Assembly: GCF_009914755.1 (NCBI RefSeq)
Contig: NC_060925.1
Source: the human T2T-CHM13v2.0 reference genome, Homo sapiens
DNA: 64,000 nt
Strand: one strand, 5' to 3'
The stretch's first letter is position 1; each line of letters begins with the position of its first letter. Below, piece by piece: positions 26,988 to 40,852 of the stretch. Below the pieces are notes generated by a model. The model was not told the DNA's origin. It worked only from the letters and a program-made list of their open reading frames with translations, and ran no database searches. A program made the position numbers and the translations under genes.

Positions 26988-28007
26988 TGACACAGAGAAA
27001 TAAAACTAAACAAACAAAACCAGAAAGGGTTATTACTAGGTTCTCATAATCCCTGTCTACTTTTAAAGCTGTGTTCTAATATCTCATCAGAAACGCTTGA
27101 AACTGACATAACTTTTTGAGGACGTTCCCACTGGGTATTCAAAAGAGATGACCTATCTAGAGACCTCAACGGCACGAAAGCAAAAAAGTATCAACATAAA
27201 CCAATAATAACGTGGACTAGTTTCCTGGGAGCTTTCACATATGCCAAATTGTTAGGCTCTTTTACAATGCTGCATTTATTTAATATCTGGAAGAAGTAAC
27301 ATTAAATATTGGGGTGTAAAAATTAAAATAGTAATTTAGTTTTTTTCCCAACTTCTCATATAAGACAATCTGGATGGGGACTTGGAAATGTTCTTAGGTC
27401 CATGGTATCTCTTAAATTCTGTGTGAAATAAGTTAATTGGTTTAGATAGTGGTTTATATAGCTCTTTATGTGGTTAGATAGCTCTTTATGTGGTTTGCCA
27501 CGCTTTTTACAACCTTGATCTACCAATAATAATAAAAATAAAGCATAATTTCAAACTCAGGCTGTATCTTACAAAGTTCACGATAATGCAAAAATGCATT
27601 ACAGCATTTTTGATTTGCTTTAAAAATATCTTTTCATGAGCTTTACCTGATATACTATATCTTTAAGAATAATAATAATGCCTATCTAAGAATAAGGATC
27701 TGCTCTTATGGTCACTTAACAATAGAAGGCCATAAGTATGAAGTACATATTTTTAGGTTATTCTTCCACTGCTATTTGATGATGGCATACAGAATTTAAA
27801 ATCTGCTTGAACTATCTGAAGAACATTTCATTTCACATGCAAATGTGTGTCTTCCTGTCCTTTGAATGATCACAGTTTTCTTTATGATTAGTAGATGAAC
27901 CTTCAGTCAGACTTCTATTTTTAAATCAACTTAGCATTTTTAGTCTGTAAGCAGAATGACAGTTTTGGATGTCTGATTGTGATTTTTTTTTTTTTTTAAC
28001 GTTCCAG

Positions 28008-28143
28008 GGAATGATCAACCTCGTGCTTGAGTGCATAGACCGTTTGCACGTCTACAGCAGTGCAGCACACTTTGCTGATGTTGCTGGGCGAGAAGCAGGA
28101 GAGTCTTGGAAATCCATTCTGAATTCTCTGTATGAGTTGCTGG
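28008..28143 (+). CDS. RYR2: RYR2 coding exon (exon 16), 136 nt, phase 0-1, [45 protein letters not shown]
   Basis: poly-T...ttccag| acceptor, TGG|gtaaga donor; overlaps ORF 27969..28199. Confidence 0.98.
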
Positions 28144-28200
28144 GTAAGAAGCATGACTGGGTTCATAGCAACAGAGTTATCTATTTAAAATGTCCATAAA

Positions 28201-28360
<160 letters not shown>

Positions 28361-28818
28361 TCACATAATAGCTACAGCAATTTTATAACATGCCTCCTAA
28401 TTGAGACTTAATTTTTAATTTACTGTGCCAAATCAAATGGTGCTTAGTATTAAAATCCATCTCTGAGTGAGAAAGGTAGCTAGAGAAGTAGATTTGCCTT
28501 TGGTTAAAGGAGGAGAAAGTCATTCAGGGTGCAGTCTTTGCAGATGAGGGGCCTTTATATGGATGTGTGTTAAATATTTCCTTTTTGCTTTTGGAGTTAG
28601 TTCCGCAAGGGTCCCTCTTAATTCCTTACATTCCCATCTAATCAATGATCTGCTCCAGTCTTCTCTCTATTTTTTATATGATCTCTGTTTGGCAACTTCT
28701 AAGTACACCTGACATTGATTAAGCGACAGTTGCTGTGGTTTACCCTGCATTCCTGTGGGCTCTCTGCAAACACAGCTCCTCATTATTTTTGACCTCCTGT
28801 AGCTTCTACTTGTCTCTT

Positions 28819-29240
28819 GTCAAAAACTAAAGGGTCTGAGATTTTTACCCTATTTGCAAGCTAGTAAGTTAGCCTGCAGTTAGGGTAAAGAGGGACAGTT
28901 TAGTAGTCAAAGAAATAGCTGTAGAGATTGGCTGTAGTGCCAATTCTCTGAGCCCCAGTTCTCAAAGGACAATGTGAAGGGGACAGATGACACCTGCACA
29001 TGCAGCTAGTTGAGTTACAGAAAAGGAATCCTGAGCTCAGGGAGTGTGAGTTAGTTACACTAGACAGAAAGCCTGCCTGGCCTTTGCTGTGGATGGAGAC
29101 ATCTCTCTCTTGCATGGCCTCTTGCTGCAAACATCTTGGAAAAGATTTCCTGAAACAAAGCCTTCCAATGACAAATTTGCAAGATGTGCAAAAACAGAGA
29201 CCACGGGGAATGGTCTCTTTCTCTACCCTAACCCTCGCCT
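28819..29240. mobile_element. Old ERVL-type LTR relic (LTR41-like, tentative)
   Basis: tctgagatttttaccctatttgcaagctagtaagttagcctgc resembles a recalled LTR terminus. Confidence 0.5.
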
Positions 29241-29554
29241 CCAAAATCTCAGATTCATCCTGTATGTCACAACTGTTACATCACTTCCCTGTTTAGACAT
29301 TGTTCACATTTCTATATCATTCTAGAAGATAAAGTTCACCTTGTTGCCCCGGTATATGAGGCCCCAGTTAACCCTTCCAGCCTTCTATTTTCCCAGTTCC
29401 CTTATCCCTACCCCCTTACTTGAGCCACATCACAGTTTCCTGAACTTTCCATACACATCACACCTCTGGGACGTTGTCTCACCTTTTCCAGAATTGTTGT
29501 ATATCCTTCAAGACCCAGTTCACATGTCACTGTCTTTTAAAGTTACTCTTGATA

Positions 29555-29928
<374 letters not shown>

Positions 29929-30659
29929 TCACCTGTATTTTATAGCACTTGTCACATTTCTTATTTAGTTATAAGTGTGATTGATTTCTAAGGCAAGAAT
30001 AGCACCATTCTGGTTTTTGTATCTGCTATTTAACTGAATGTCTGGCACATAGGAGATACTCAATAAATGTGTATTCATTACGTGACTAAGTTCTGATAAA
30101 ATAGGAAAGCATACCTAAGTATAGAAAGGAGATAATGCAAAAAAAGTTAAAAAAAAAGAAAAAAGAATGCATTTTTAATGGGAAGAATTTAGTCAAAATA
30201 TTTGAAAATTCTTTACAATCTAATTAAATGTCATTAAAATTTATAGAGTCATAATACAACCTAGCAAATAAAACTCTTGTGCCTATTAGAATTGTTAATA
30301 TGTTTTCATTAGGTGGGCTATTTGATATTTATTAAAATTAAACACTTGCAGTTTGGAACTTTCAGACTAAAAGGTGACATGCGGCTGCCATTTCTGAGAA
30401 CAGGACCAGGGATATTGAGGCTTTATAGGAATTTGGATTCATCATTTTACCCACAGTAACGATTGAGATAAAGATTTTGTGTTGCCAAAATTCTAATGAC
30501 TGCATTTCTTTGCAAATGCAGAAGTTATAGCACTAAATTTCATAATATAGCAGAGACTAAAGTGTGGTGATGTTTTTAACACTACATCCTACCTTCTTCA
30601 CTTGGTATAAGATGAATTTCTTGGATAAACTCGATGCTTAAGTAAAGAGTTGCATCACC

Positions 30660-30830
30660 TAGCCTGGACAGCATAGGAAAACCCTGTCTCTAAATAATAA
30701 TAAAAACTGGCTGGATGCATTGGCTCATGTGTGTAGTCCCAGCTACGTGGGGGGCTGAACTGGTAGGATTGCTTGAGGCTGGAAGTTTGAGGCCAGCCTG
30801 GGCAACCACCTCTAAATTTTAAAAAAGAAG
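30660..30830 (+). mobile_element. Degraded Alu fragments
   Basis: agcctggacagcatagg-aaaccctgtctct and gtagtcccagctac blocks. Confidence 0.75.
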
Positions 30831-31339
30831 AATATCATGTATGAATGTTTGAGGGTAGAAAGTGTTACGTGCAGAAAGAACATTGTTTTTTAGGTAAATC
30901 TAGAAAATATGCATCTTTTATTTTCATATCAACTCTTTTTATAGTCTCTGTTCATTGGTCCCTTCAACAGGTATTGTATCCATGAGTAGCAAAAATGAAT
31001 AGAAGGAATTATAATTTTTTATATAATCATAGAAAAGGCCCATTGCAGCAAAGTTAGCACTTCAGCTTTATCCTTCTGAGCTACTTATTTCTCAAGCCAA
31101 TCCTCCCTTTACCTCCACAGAGTTATTTGGGGATTAAATTTGATTATTTTAGAACCTACAAAAGTAACATTAATAGACTTTACAAAATGTTGGGGACTTG
31201 GTGGGTATGAACACGGTTCCTGCTCCTAATTAGTTTTGAGGTTGGCTTTTACTGGAACATGGCTAGAAGTGTGATTTTAAAATGGCTTACCTATTTAAAT
31301 AGAACGAGAAAGGAGCTCTTGAAGGTGGAGCAATGTTTC

Positions 31340-31850
31340 TATTGGGATGTGTTCAGTTGGAAATAACAGAATACCCAAACCCAAACTGGCTTCAACAACA
31401 GAGGGGATTTTGGGGCTTGCACAGCTCGCCGTCTACCAGTGGGTTTGACACAATGGCTCCATCTTATCTCCAGAACCAGCTGCTTTATGTCTCCACTCTG
31501 CCTTCCATGGAGTCATCTTCCTCTAGTGCGGCCTTTTCTTGATGGTCTCAGCTGTCTGCTGTCAGCTCCTAGTACTGCATACTTTCTTTCTGACATGGGA
31601 AAAGTGAAAGAGGGCTTGTTCCAGAAGTTATCCCTTGTGAAAGAGTGTGCTATTTCCTAAAATCCCCAAATACAACGCTTCTCGCATCTCATTAGCCCAA
31701 ATTGTGTCTGGCCATTCCTGAACCAGTCGTTCTGGCAAGAGTAGGGAAATTTTACCAACATTGGTCTTGACTGATCAGGGATCCACTGTTGAAACTGGGT
31801 CAACTCCTTGGACTGCCTATCTGTCATATAGGGAATGAATGTTATAGAGG
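31340..31850 (-). mobile_element. Old MLT1-type LTR relic
   Basis: ttcagttggaaataacagaa...aactggctt...cattcctgaaccagtc motifs. Confidence 0.55.
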
Positions 31851-34800
31851 ATGGTGGCCAAGAAGCTGAAGTGTCCATCCCAAATGTTGACTCATCTACT
31901 TCCTCAAAGGGTTTTATGAACTGAATTCTAATCAGAATGCTTTTATTCACTACCTAGCACTATGCTTGAATAGAGTAGGCAGTCAATAAATATTTGCTTG
32001 AATTATTTAATAAATACGTTACAGAGATTTCCATTAACTTTTCTGTAGCAGGGTGCATTTGGCTATCAAATTAGTGTATTAAAAACCAGTGGAACTCTTA
32101 CTCCTCTTTCATTAGGTTCCTTTCTTGAAAAATAAGCACCTGAACTTTCATTCAGGCATATAGCAAGTGGCATCTATTGTTACTATAAATATTACCTGTA
32201 AAATGGCAATAGTCATTCCCCTCATAAGGTTGTTGGGTGGCTTAAATGTTATAATATATAGAAAATGCTCAGCATCGCATATTGTTGTTCTTCTTATCAT
32301 TATTCCCATTTCTTTTGGATGTTTGTTATCATCCTTTCCCTTGTTAACATAGTAAAACTTTTGTCTCCAACCTCTTGCTTCATTCTTATTATTGTTGTTT
32401 TGCTTTTCAAAGATGTCCTAGAAAAGAAACTTTACTTAGATTTGTTGGATATAGCAAAGAATGTTATGGATTAGCCAATAGAGCACATAGAATCATAATT
32501 ATTGTAGGTGTATACTGGTTCTTGTTTTCCTCATCGGAAAATGGCAGGAACAAAGTTTGCTTTATCACTATCCCCAGACTGCAAATTTTATATTCTATTA
32601 TTCTACCCATTTTTGAACACAGTATCGCACATCTGCATCTTTACCATCTGGTATACAGCTAAATACTTCAGATCTCAATGACATTCATATATGGTAAAAT
32701 TTGTGGTTAATCTCTTTACCTCCACTCCTTCTCTTCTCCAGTCTTTACTCAGACCTCAGGGAGCTCTCACACACTTCTTATGAACTTTCATAGACTCTGT
32801 GACCTTGTTTACACCCCTCTTTTAAGAAGAAGGGCCTGGTCTGTCTCTTCCTTTCACCAGCAACCAGATGTTGCTGGTCTGTCTCTAACCTCTCTGTATT
32901 GCGTTCTTTTAATTCTTGGTCCGGTCTGTCCCTTCTTTTCACCTCTGATGTCGCTGATTCTGTCTAGTTAGCGGGCTACAACTTGGGAGAGAGATCTTGA
33001 TATTATATTTTTCATTATTCTGAATCTATTAACATGCATTACTTTTAAAATTGAAAAAAGTAGTTAACATATATCTCTAATGCCAGATAATTGATAGCAA
33101 AAGTAAAAACTGAATGTACTAATTACAGTTGAGTAAAAAAAAAAAAAACATTTATATATTAGTGCAAATGAAGAGAATCTCTTCCCATAATCTACAAGGT
33201 AATTTTAGTGGGAGATGGGGTGTTTCCACTGGATAGAATTATGAGAGTTTTTTTTAATGTTTTTGAGTTCTTATGATTTTCTTTTTGTGTTATAGTGAGC
33301 ATCGATTTCATGACCAGAAAAGGGTAACAAATACAACTTTATGTTGAATTTTGACATGCAAAATACTTCAGAACCATCTGCTGCCAATATTTTTTATTGA
33401 ATTCATTGTAATCATAAGATAGCCACATATACCTAAATATATACTTCAGTTTGTCTGGAAAAGTCTCAGATCTGCAGCAATAATTGGAGTCCTGTAAGAC
33501 ATGTGTATCTACCTTTCCTTCTTTATTTGGCTGTCAAAACCTTTGGTTCAAATATTAACTCCAAATTTGTTAAGCCTCCTTCCCGTTATTCCAAATAGGT
33601 AGACCATAGATTCTCTCCTGGGGTTATATGTGAAATAAGCCACTGTCTTTGTATTTTTTCTTCAGTGTGTCTATTTTGCACAGAGAGAAAACCAAGAAGG
33701 TGGGAATAAGAATCTATAACAATTTTGCATTCGACATGGATATATTTCATGTGTTTTAGGTGGAGAATGACAAAGGTAGATTTGTGAGCCTACTGTTTGG
33801 AATACCTCAGGATCTTAGAAACAGCGATACTCATAGTTGGAAAAGCATCACTGTGGCATGCTTTCATACATCTTTTCTGACATCCACACGATTAATCTGT
33901 GGGATGCTTACAAGACAGAATGATTTTCTAAAGATGTCTGAGAAATGGCCGCTGGGCAAACTTTCGTATGAATACTCATTTTCTGAAGATTCAAAGTATG
34001 AAACCAACAAGGATAGATTGCTGCTCTTTGAGTATGGCCAAAATGAATGTTTGAAGACTTGGAAAGAATACAGCCATTAGCCATTATTTCTGCACATTCA
34101 AACCAATTTCCCAGTGTCTCAAGGAGGCAGATCTCCCTAAATGCCATAAAACATTGAGAAAAGGCAGTCAAGAGGTGAAGAAGAAGGAAATGGGCTTTAG
34201 ACATGCACAGATCGGTGTTATTCTAGTGTTTGTGCATCTAGATAGTTCGATCTTGTTCTTCAGGAAGTCTCAGAAACGTATCGTATAAACAAGACACATC
34301 CTTTAAAATTTCAGCTTGGTGATAGTCTCATTGTCCCTTACTCTTGCAAGTTCCCAGGTAGGAGTCCTCAGACTCCAGTTTACAAGATCCCCAAACACAG
34401 GGACAGCTCTCCAAGCTCTCCAAGAAGTTTCAATGCATTATCTTCTTAGATTCTTCAGTACATTCTGAAGTGTTTTGTTTTGTTTGCTCGTTTGTTTGTT
34501 TAATGGGTTTTGTTTTTTTCAGGCTTAGGAGCATCTACTTGTTAATCTCAATATTTTGAAAAATGTTTCTAGATTTTAGTCCAATTAGCCCCTCATTTTT
34601 CTGTGCTGCGTAGGGCCTGTTCACTTAGTGTTTCCAGGCTTTGAATGTAAATTCCAAGAGGGATGTTGTTTCATTTCCTCTGTACCTCCAGCACCTAGAA
34701 CAATGCTTGACACAAAGCAGGGAATCAGTATTTGTTGCATAAATTTTTAAAGTGAAGGTAATTTCTTGGAATTTCTTTTAATCTAAATTTTTCTGTAAGT

Positions 34801-34964
34801 CTCAGATTTTTTTAGTCTTTTGTGAAATTTTGAGTCCAAGAATTCAAAGACATTGAAGCATGAAGCCTCCGGGGATAGGATGATACTAATAAAACAGATG
34901 AATATTGCATGATTCCACTTATAAGAAGTATCTAGAATGATTAAATTCATAGAATTAAAGAATG

Positions 34965-35090
34965 GGGCCAGGCAAAGTGACTCATTTCTATAATCTCATA
35001 ACTTTGGGAGGCCAAGGCAGTGGGATCACTTGAGGAAGGGAGTTGGAGACCATCCTAGGCAACATAAAGAGACCCTGTCTCTACAAAAAG
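34965..35090 (+). mobile_element. Alu monomer (FLAM-like)
   Basis: ggccaggcaaagtgactca...gaccctgtctctacaaaa. Confidence 0.8.
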
Positions 35091-36894
35091 ATAAAAGATC
35101 TTAACTTAGTCTTTAATTAGGCAGCAATTAAAGAGTATTGTAAAGTTTTAGGGAGGGACATTTGTCTTTTGTTTTTGTACCTTGACGCACCATACCAAGT
35201 TGCCATTGCACTTCGAAGATGACAGTGGTGCTCTGAGACATCTCATAATGAAAGCCACTACAGATACTGATGGCATGGTTTTCCGTTTTATTTTTGGAAA
35301 GGCATTAACTTTATTGTACTATTTGGTATTAAAATTAATACATTTTAGATAAGGAAAGAAATAAGAAAAATTAAGAAGGCAGAAACTACTCTTAAACTTA
35401 ACCACGCATTTTGATCTATAACCTTTACAAATGTTCCTTTAAATATTTATCACGTAATACATGCAGAAAACATTTTGCACACCTGCATGCGTGCTTGCAG
35501 AATAACACGTGTGTACATATCTGCACATCTTTGCAGCAAGACATCACCTATTCCCTCCTCTCCTTGAAGATTTGCTCATCTTGCTCCAAATTCCAGGTTC
35601 ATGGACTAAGATAGTCAAAAGGCTTTCCTTTGATGTTGGTACATTTTAGGGGCTTATTTGGTTACATTTTTTTGGACTTCCGTGCTTTTTTATTGTCGTC
35701 TATTTTTTCTCTAAGAGTGAAAGTGTAGCCACAGAACATCTCTTCACATCCTAACTTCACATCCTAACTTCCATTCTCTTCACATCCTAACTTCCATTCT
35801 TATTGAGCATTTGTGATTTTTTTTTTGACAGAATTTATTGCTGGTTCAAAGGGTCACTGTGAAAGATCATATTACAGGACATGGCCCTTTTTTTTCCTCT
35901 CCTGGGTCCATTCTTCTTCCACCTTATTTTGGAATAAGAAAATGTACCTTTTTGACCTGGGGAAGCAGTCCCACTAATATCAATCTTCCTCAAGCTCTCT
36001 GTTTCTATCTCAGTCCCTTATCAAGATATTTCCCCCCCAAATATCAGCAATCATTCTCTAAGAAATTTCTAAAAAACACAGTTTTCTCCATGCTATACAT
36101 GTACTTATATTCAGTGTATACATTTACTTTACAAAAATGGAATCATGCTATCAATGTTCTTTTATAGCAGATGTTTTCAATTAATTCTACATTGTGGGCC
36201 TCTATCCTTGGTAGTAACTATAAACCTTCATCAGACTTTAGCAGATGTACACTTCTGTGCTGAGGTAATGTCACCATTTACTTATTTAGGCACATTTAGG
36301 CTATTCCAGTATTTTGCTGTTATAAAGAGTGCTGTGATGAGCTTCCTTGTATTTCTCTGCATACTTTTTCATTACTTTAGAAACTCACATAACTGATATC
36401 TTCTTAACTGACTGGATGAATTATAATAATTCACAGACTCCATTTATCTGTAAAATGTATTGGTACCCATGACATGCGCCTACATACACACACATGCACA
36501 CACACACACACACACGCATGCATGCACGATGTTCAGGAGGTACTCTATTTTACTGAGTTAATTTTTTTCATTAGAAATGTATATATTTTCGTAGTATATT
36601 GAGATTGTTTGATCTTTTACTCATTAACAGATTTCCTGATATATTTTTGTCTCTTTGGAGGAATGAATCTCCACTTGGATGAAATGTTGCTAATGTATTG
36701 CTAAATTTGATTTATAAATACTAAATTTATATTGCTAAATTTGATTTATTAATTTCATTAATATATAAACTTATATAATATTTTTGGATTTATAAGAGTT
36801 CTTCTTGTTTTGTGATGTGTGCTTTGATATCAATGTCACTGATACTGCTTTTGTAAAATCAGGGAAGTTTCCTTAGTTTTTTGGCTTTGGAATA

Positions 36895-37348
36895 CGGTCA
36901 TGTGTCACTTACTCATGGGAACAGTTCTAAGGAATACATCTTGCAAACATCATGGAACTTACACAAACCTCCGTGTTATAGCCTATTGCACAGCTACGCT
37001 ATAGGGGATAGCCTACTGCACGGCTATGCTATACGGGATGGCCTACTGCATGGCTATGCTATACGGGATGGCCTACTGCGCGGCTACGCTATACTGGATG
37101 GCCTACTGCGCGTCTACGCTATACGGGATGGCCTACTGCTCCTGGGCTACATAACCTATGGCTGTACATTTGTACAGCAATATGTACAGCAAATTACCAT
37201 ACTGAATACTGTAAGCAATTGTAGCACAGTGGTATTTATGTACATAAGCATAGAAAAGGTACAGTAAAAATATAGTCTTATGGTCTTAAGGGATGATCAT
37301 TTTATCTGATTCATTGTTGACCAAATCATTGTTATGCAGCATATGAAG
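36895..37348 (+). mobile_element. Tigger3a/MER7A-like DNA transposon with TA TSDs
   Basis: TA|cggtcatgtgtcactta ... gttatgcagcatatgaag|TA termini; internal actgaatactgta and catagaaaaggtacagtaaaaata. Confidence 0.8.
36981..37140 (+). repeat. 30-bp minisatellite, 5 full copies plus a partial (GCCTACTGCACGGCTATGCTATACGGGATG)
   Basis: Units start at 36981, 37011, 37041, 37071, 37101 and 37131. Confidence 0.95.
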
Positions 37349-37579
37349 TAGTGTAGAAATTACTTATTTATTGAATATGTGCGAAAAAGCTTTTGGTCTT
37401 TGACATTTCAATATTACTCATGATTTATTATTCTGTTTAGATGTTTTCCCTTCTATTGCATCAGTTTTAGTGAAAAAATACATATCTATATATCTATGTA
37501 TCTATATCTTGAGACCATTTTACCCAGATGTTCAAAATTACAGTATAAAGATGTATAAAATTGTTGTGTTTATAATTCC

Positions 37580-37868
<289 letters not shown>

Positions 37869-39260
37869 TAATGCCCTTTTCTTAATTTTGTCCTTTTTTC
37901 CTTTTCTTTTTGATTAAAGTAGTAGTTGGTAGTTAGCTTATATTTAAAAAATAGTCCTTGAATGTATTCTTGATCAATCTTACTATTATATAAATTATTT
38001 TTATTTCTAATGTATTAATTTCTACTTTTATTGCGATTTATTTTTTTCTGTTTTACTGATGTTTATTTGATGTTCTTTTCCTCTATTTCAAAAGACGTAT
38101 TTACCATTTTTCACCCAATTGCTTAGCAATTAAAGTGTTTATTTAATTTTGCCTTGAGTACACTTTTGGCCATTTACCATTGGTTGTGTTAGGTAGTATT
38201 CTAATTTTTGATATTTATTAGATATTTTATATTATGATATTGATTCCATCATTGACCCAAGAGTTATTAAGGAGAGAGTTTAAATTTTTATATGCTTTGG
38301 TTTTATTTTCATTCCTGCTTTTCTTACTAAATTCTGACACGGTTCTGTCAGAGAACATGGTTTATACCATGTCTGTTTGCAGTAAATTTAATGAACTTTT
38401 CTTTGTGGCTTACTTTATAATTTTCTTAAATGCCCCATGGCTTATTAAAAGAGTTCATTCTTACACTATTAATTTCTTTCAAGAATCACTTATGTTATAT
38501 ATATCATATATATAATTTTAGATAGATAATATGATAATGATATATGTTTTCATTTTAGATGGATAATATGATAATGATATATATTATATATATACCTATA
38601 TAATTTTAGATAATACAATAGTTTATATATAATTTTAGATAGCTATATATAATTATATATTATATATAAAATTAGTTTTACAAAATCAGAAATAAACTGA
38701 AAAGCATGAGTTAAGTTTTAAACAAAAGGGACTCTTAAAATTCAAAAACTTTATCATGTCCTTTTTCCCAGTTGCTATTGTTCTAAATTGGGAACAGATA
38801 TTCTTACAGAATAAAATTAGTTCTGCTTAGAACTTAGTACTTCTCATTCCTCTGCTATATTCCACCCCTATCTTTTGTCCCCTGTACTCTGCAGTCTGTG
38901 AGTATATCTCAATGGCTGGCTCTTAAGGGAGGCTGCTGGACCCAGAGCCAGAGGAGAGCCTGAGTAATGAGTGTATTAGCTCTTAATCTCTGTACAAATG
39001 TCACAGAGGCGCTATACACAAAAAAGCTCTTCTCATGAAGTTGGCGTCTTTTCTGTGTGTTTCTTTTCTTACTCTCAGGTCAGATAATAACTTTATTTCT
39101 TTATTTTTGGAAAGAGGAAACATGAAGGACATCTTTAAGTTTAATTGTACACTGTAACTGTAGGGTCTCTTCCCTCCTGCTCTTAACAGGGAGGTTAACA
39201 GGCGGTAGCCTCAAACTTCACTACTTCAAACGCTTGCATCAGCTACCAGATTTTCTCTGC

Positions 39261-39558
39261 TTTTTTTTTTTTTTTTTGAAACGGAGTCTCACACTGTCTC
39301 TCAGACTGGAGTGCAGTGGCACGATCTTGGCTCACTGCAACATCTGCCTCCCGGGTTCAAGCGATTCTCTTAACTCAGCCTCCTGAGTAGCTGGGATTAC
39401 AGGCGCCCACCACCATGCCTGGCTAATTTTTTGCATTTTTATTAGAGATGGGGTTTCACTGTGTTGGTCAGGCTGGTCTTAAATTCCTGACCTCATGATC
39501 CGCCCACCTCAGCCTCCCAAAGCGCTGGGATTACAGGTGTGAGCCACCACCCCTGGCC
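39261..39558 (-). mobile_element. AluS with TSD taccagattttc
   Basis: Reverse Alu dimer; direct repeats at 39244 and 39559. Confidence 0.95.
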
Positions 39559-40493
39559 TACCAGATTTTCAATAGTGATTATTCTTATAGAGACATCTTT
39601 CTCTCTTTAAATATCATATTGTCTAAACATCTTGCCATCCTCTTGTAAGCAATTATACTGTTTCTGAATAAACTTAGGGGTATAAAAGTAGAAAATATTT
39701 ACCATGCTTGCTTTGAAAGAATTTAATGATTTTGAAAAATTAAAAGTTTAAAATTGAGTGTATAAACTAGGCTGAAAGAAACCAGAAAAGTCACATAGGA
39801 GTTTTATTTAAAATGGGTTGTTCAATCAAAGAAGTGTAGAAAACAGTAGTCTAAGCCAAGCTAGAATCAGTTTCTTTACTGCAGAATTTCAGGTCTTTAA
39901 TATACATTGTGAATCTCTAAATCCACGGAAATGATATAAGAAAATAAAAGGGTTTCAAAGTTAGTGGCTATTGGTCTTCTCATCCATTATTTAATGTAAC
40001 ATTTAGTTATATCTCTCTGTATACCTGTTAGAGTTATAATTACTAGTTATATCTCCTAGTATTTTGTGGTTCATTTTCAGAAAAACTGATTTGCTCTTTT
40101 TATTCTATAGGTAAGAAAATTGGGCTTGAGAGAGAAGAATAATTTAATCTCATGGCTAATTAAAAGCAAAGGGGATTAGAACCCAAGTGAGGGAACTCCC
40201 AGGAGACTGTTTTTCCATTACCCTTTACTATTACCTCCCAATGTGAAATTCACTTTCCGAAATTACATTCCTTCTAATGAGCAGTGGTTTGCTTCAGTCT
40301 CAATTAATAATTATTAATTTGTCTTTAATGTCTCAGTGTTGTATATGTACGTGTATGTATGTTTGCATAAGTTTTTAGATGTAACATGAGGATATTTTGT
40401 TCTTGATCCAATATTTTAGGGCTGCATATTAGCTTATCTCAATTTTCGAGCTAGAAAATCACATAAAGGTGAAATCTATTTCTTCTTTTGCAG

Positions 40494-40589
40494 CGGCTCT
40501 AATTAGAGGAAATCGTAAAAACTGTGCTCAATTTTCTGGCTCCCTCGACTGGTTGATCAGCAGATTGGAAAGACTGGAAGCTTCTTCAG
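40494..40589 (+). CDS. RYR2: RYR2 coding exon (exon 17), 96 nt, phase 1-1, AALIRGNRKNCAQFSGSLDWLISRLERLEASS
   Basis: ttcttttgcag| acceptor, CAG|gtatgt donor; overlaps ORF 40469..40657. Confidence 0.98.
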
Positions 40590-40660
40590 GTATGTTTTCT
40601 AGTTTTTTCCTTGTTGTGATAGATCACTCCTATTTTTCTTTGCTTCGTATCCTTTAAGAC

Positions 40661-40852
40661 AAAAAAAAAAAAAAAAAAAAAACAACTTTGAGTGAGGTGT
40701 GGTGGTGGTGTGTACTGAGTCCCAGATACTCAGGAGGCTGAGGTAGGAGGATCACTTGAGGCTAGGAGTTTGAGGTTGTAGTGCACTATGGTCACTGCAC
40801 TCCAACATGGACAATATATTGAGACCCCATCTTTAAAAAACAAAAAGAAAAA
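40661..40852 (+). mobile_element. A-tract plus old Alu right-arm fragment
   Basis: A run, then gtcccagatactcaggaggctgagg...gagaccccatcttt. Confidence 0.75.

Noticed and set aside
36881-37267. 128-aa ORF with decapeptide repeats; also a superficial CRISPR-like periodicity
   Set aside because: It is a 30-bp tandem minisatellite without unique spacers, inside a DNA transposon in human DNA.
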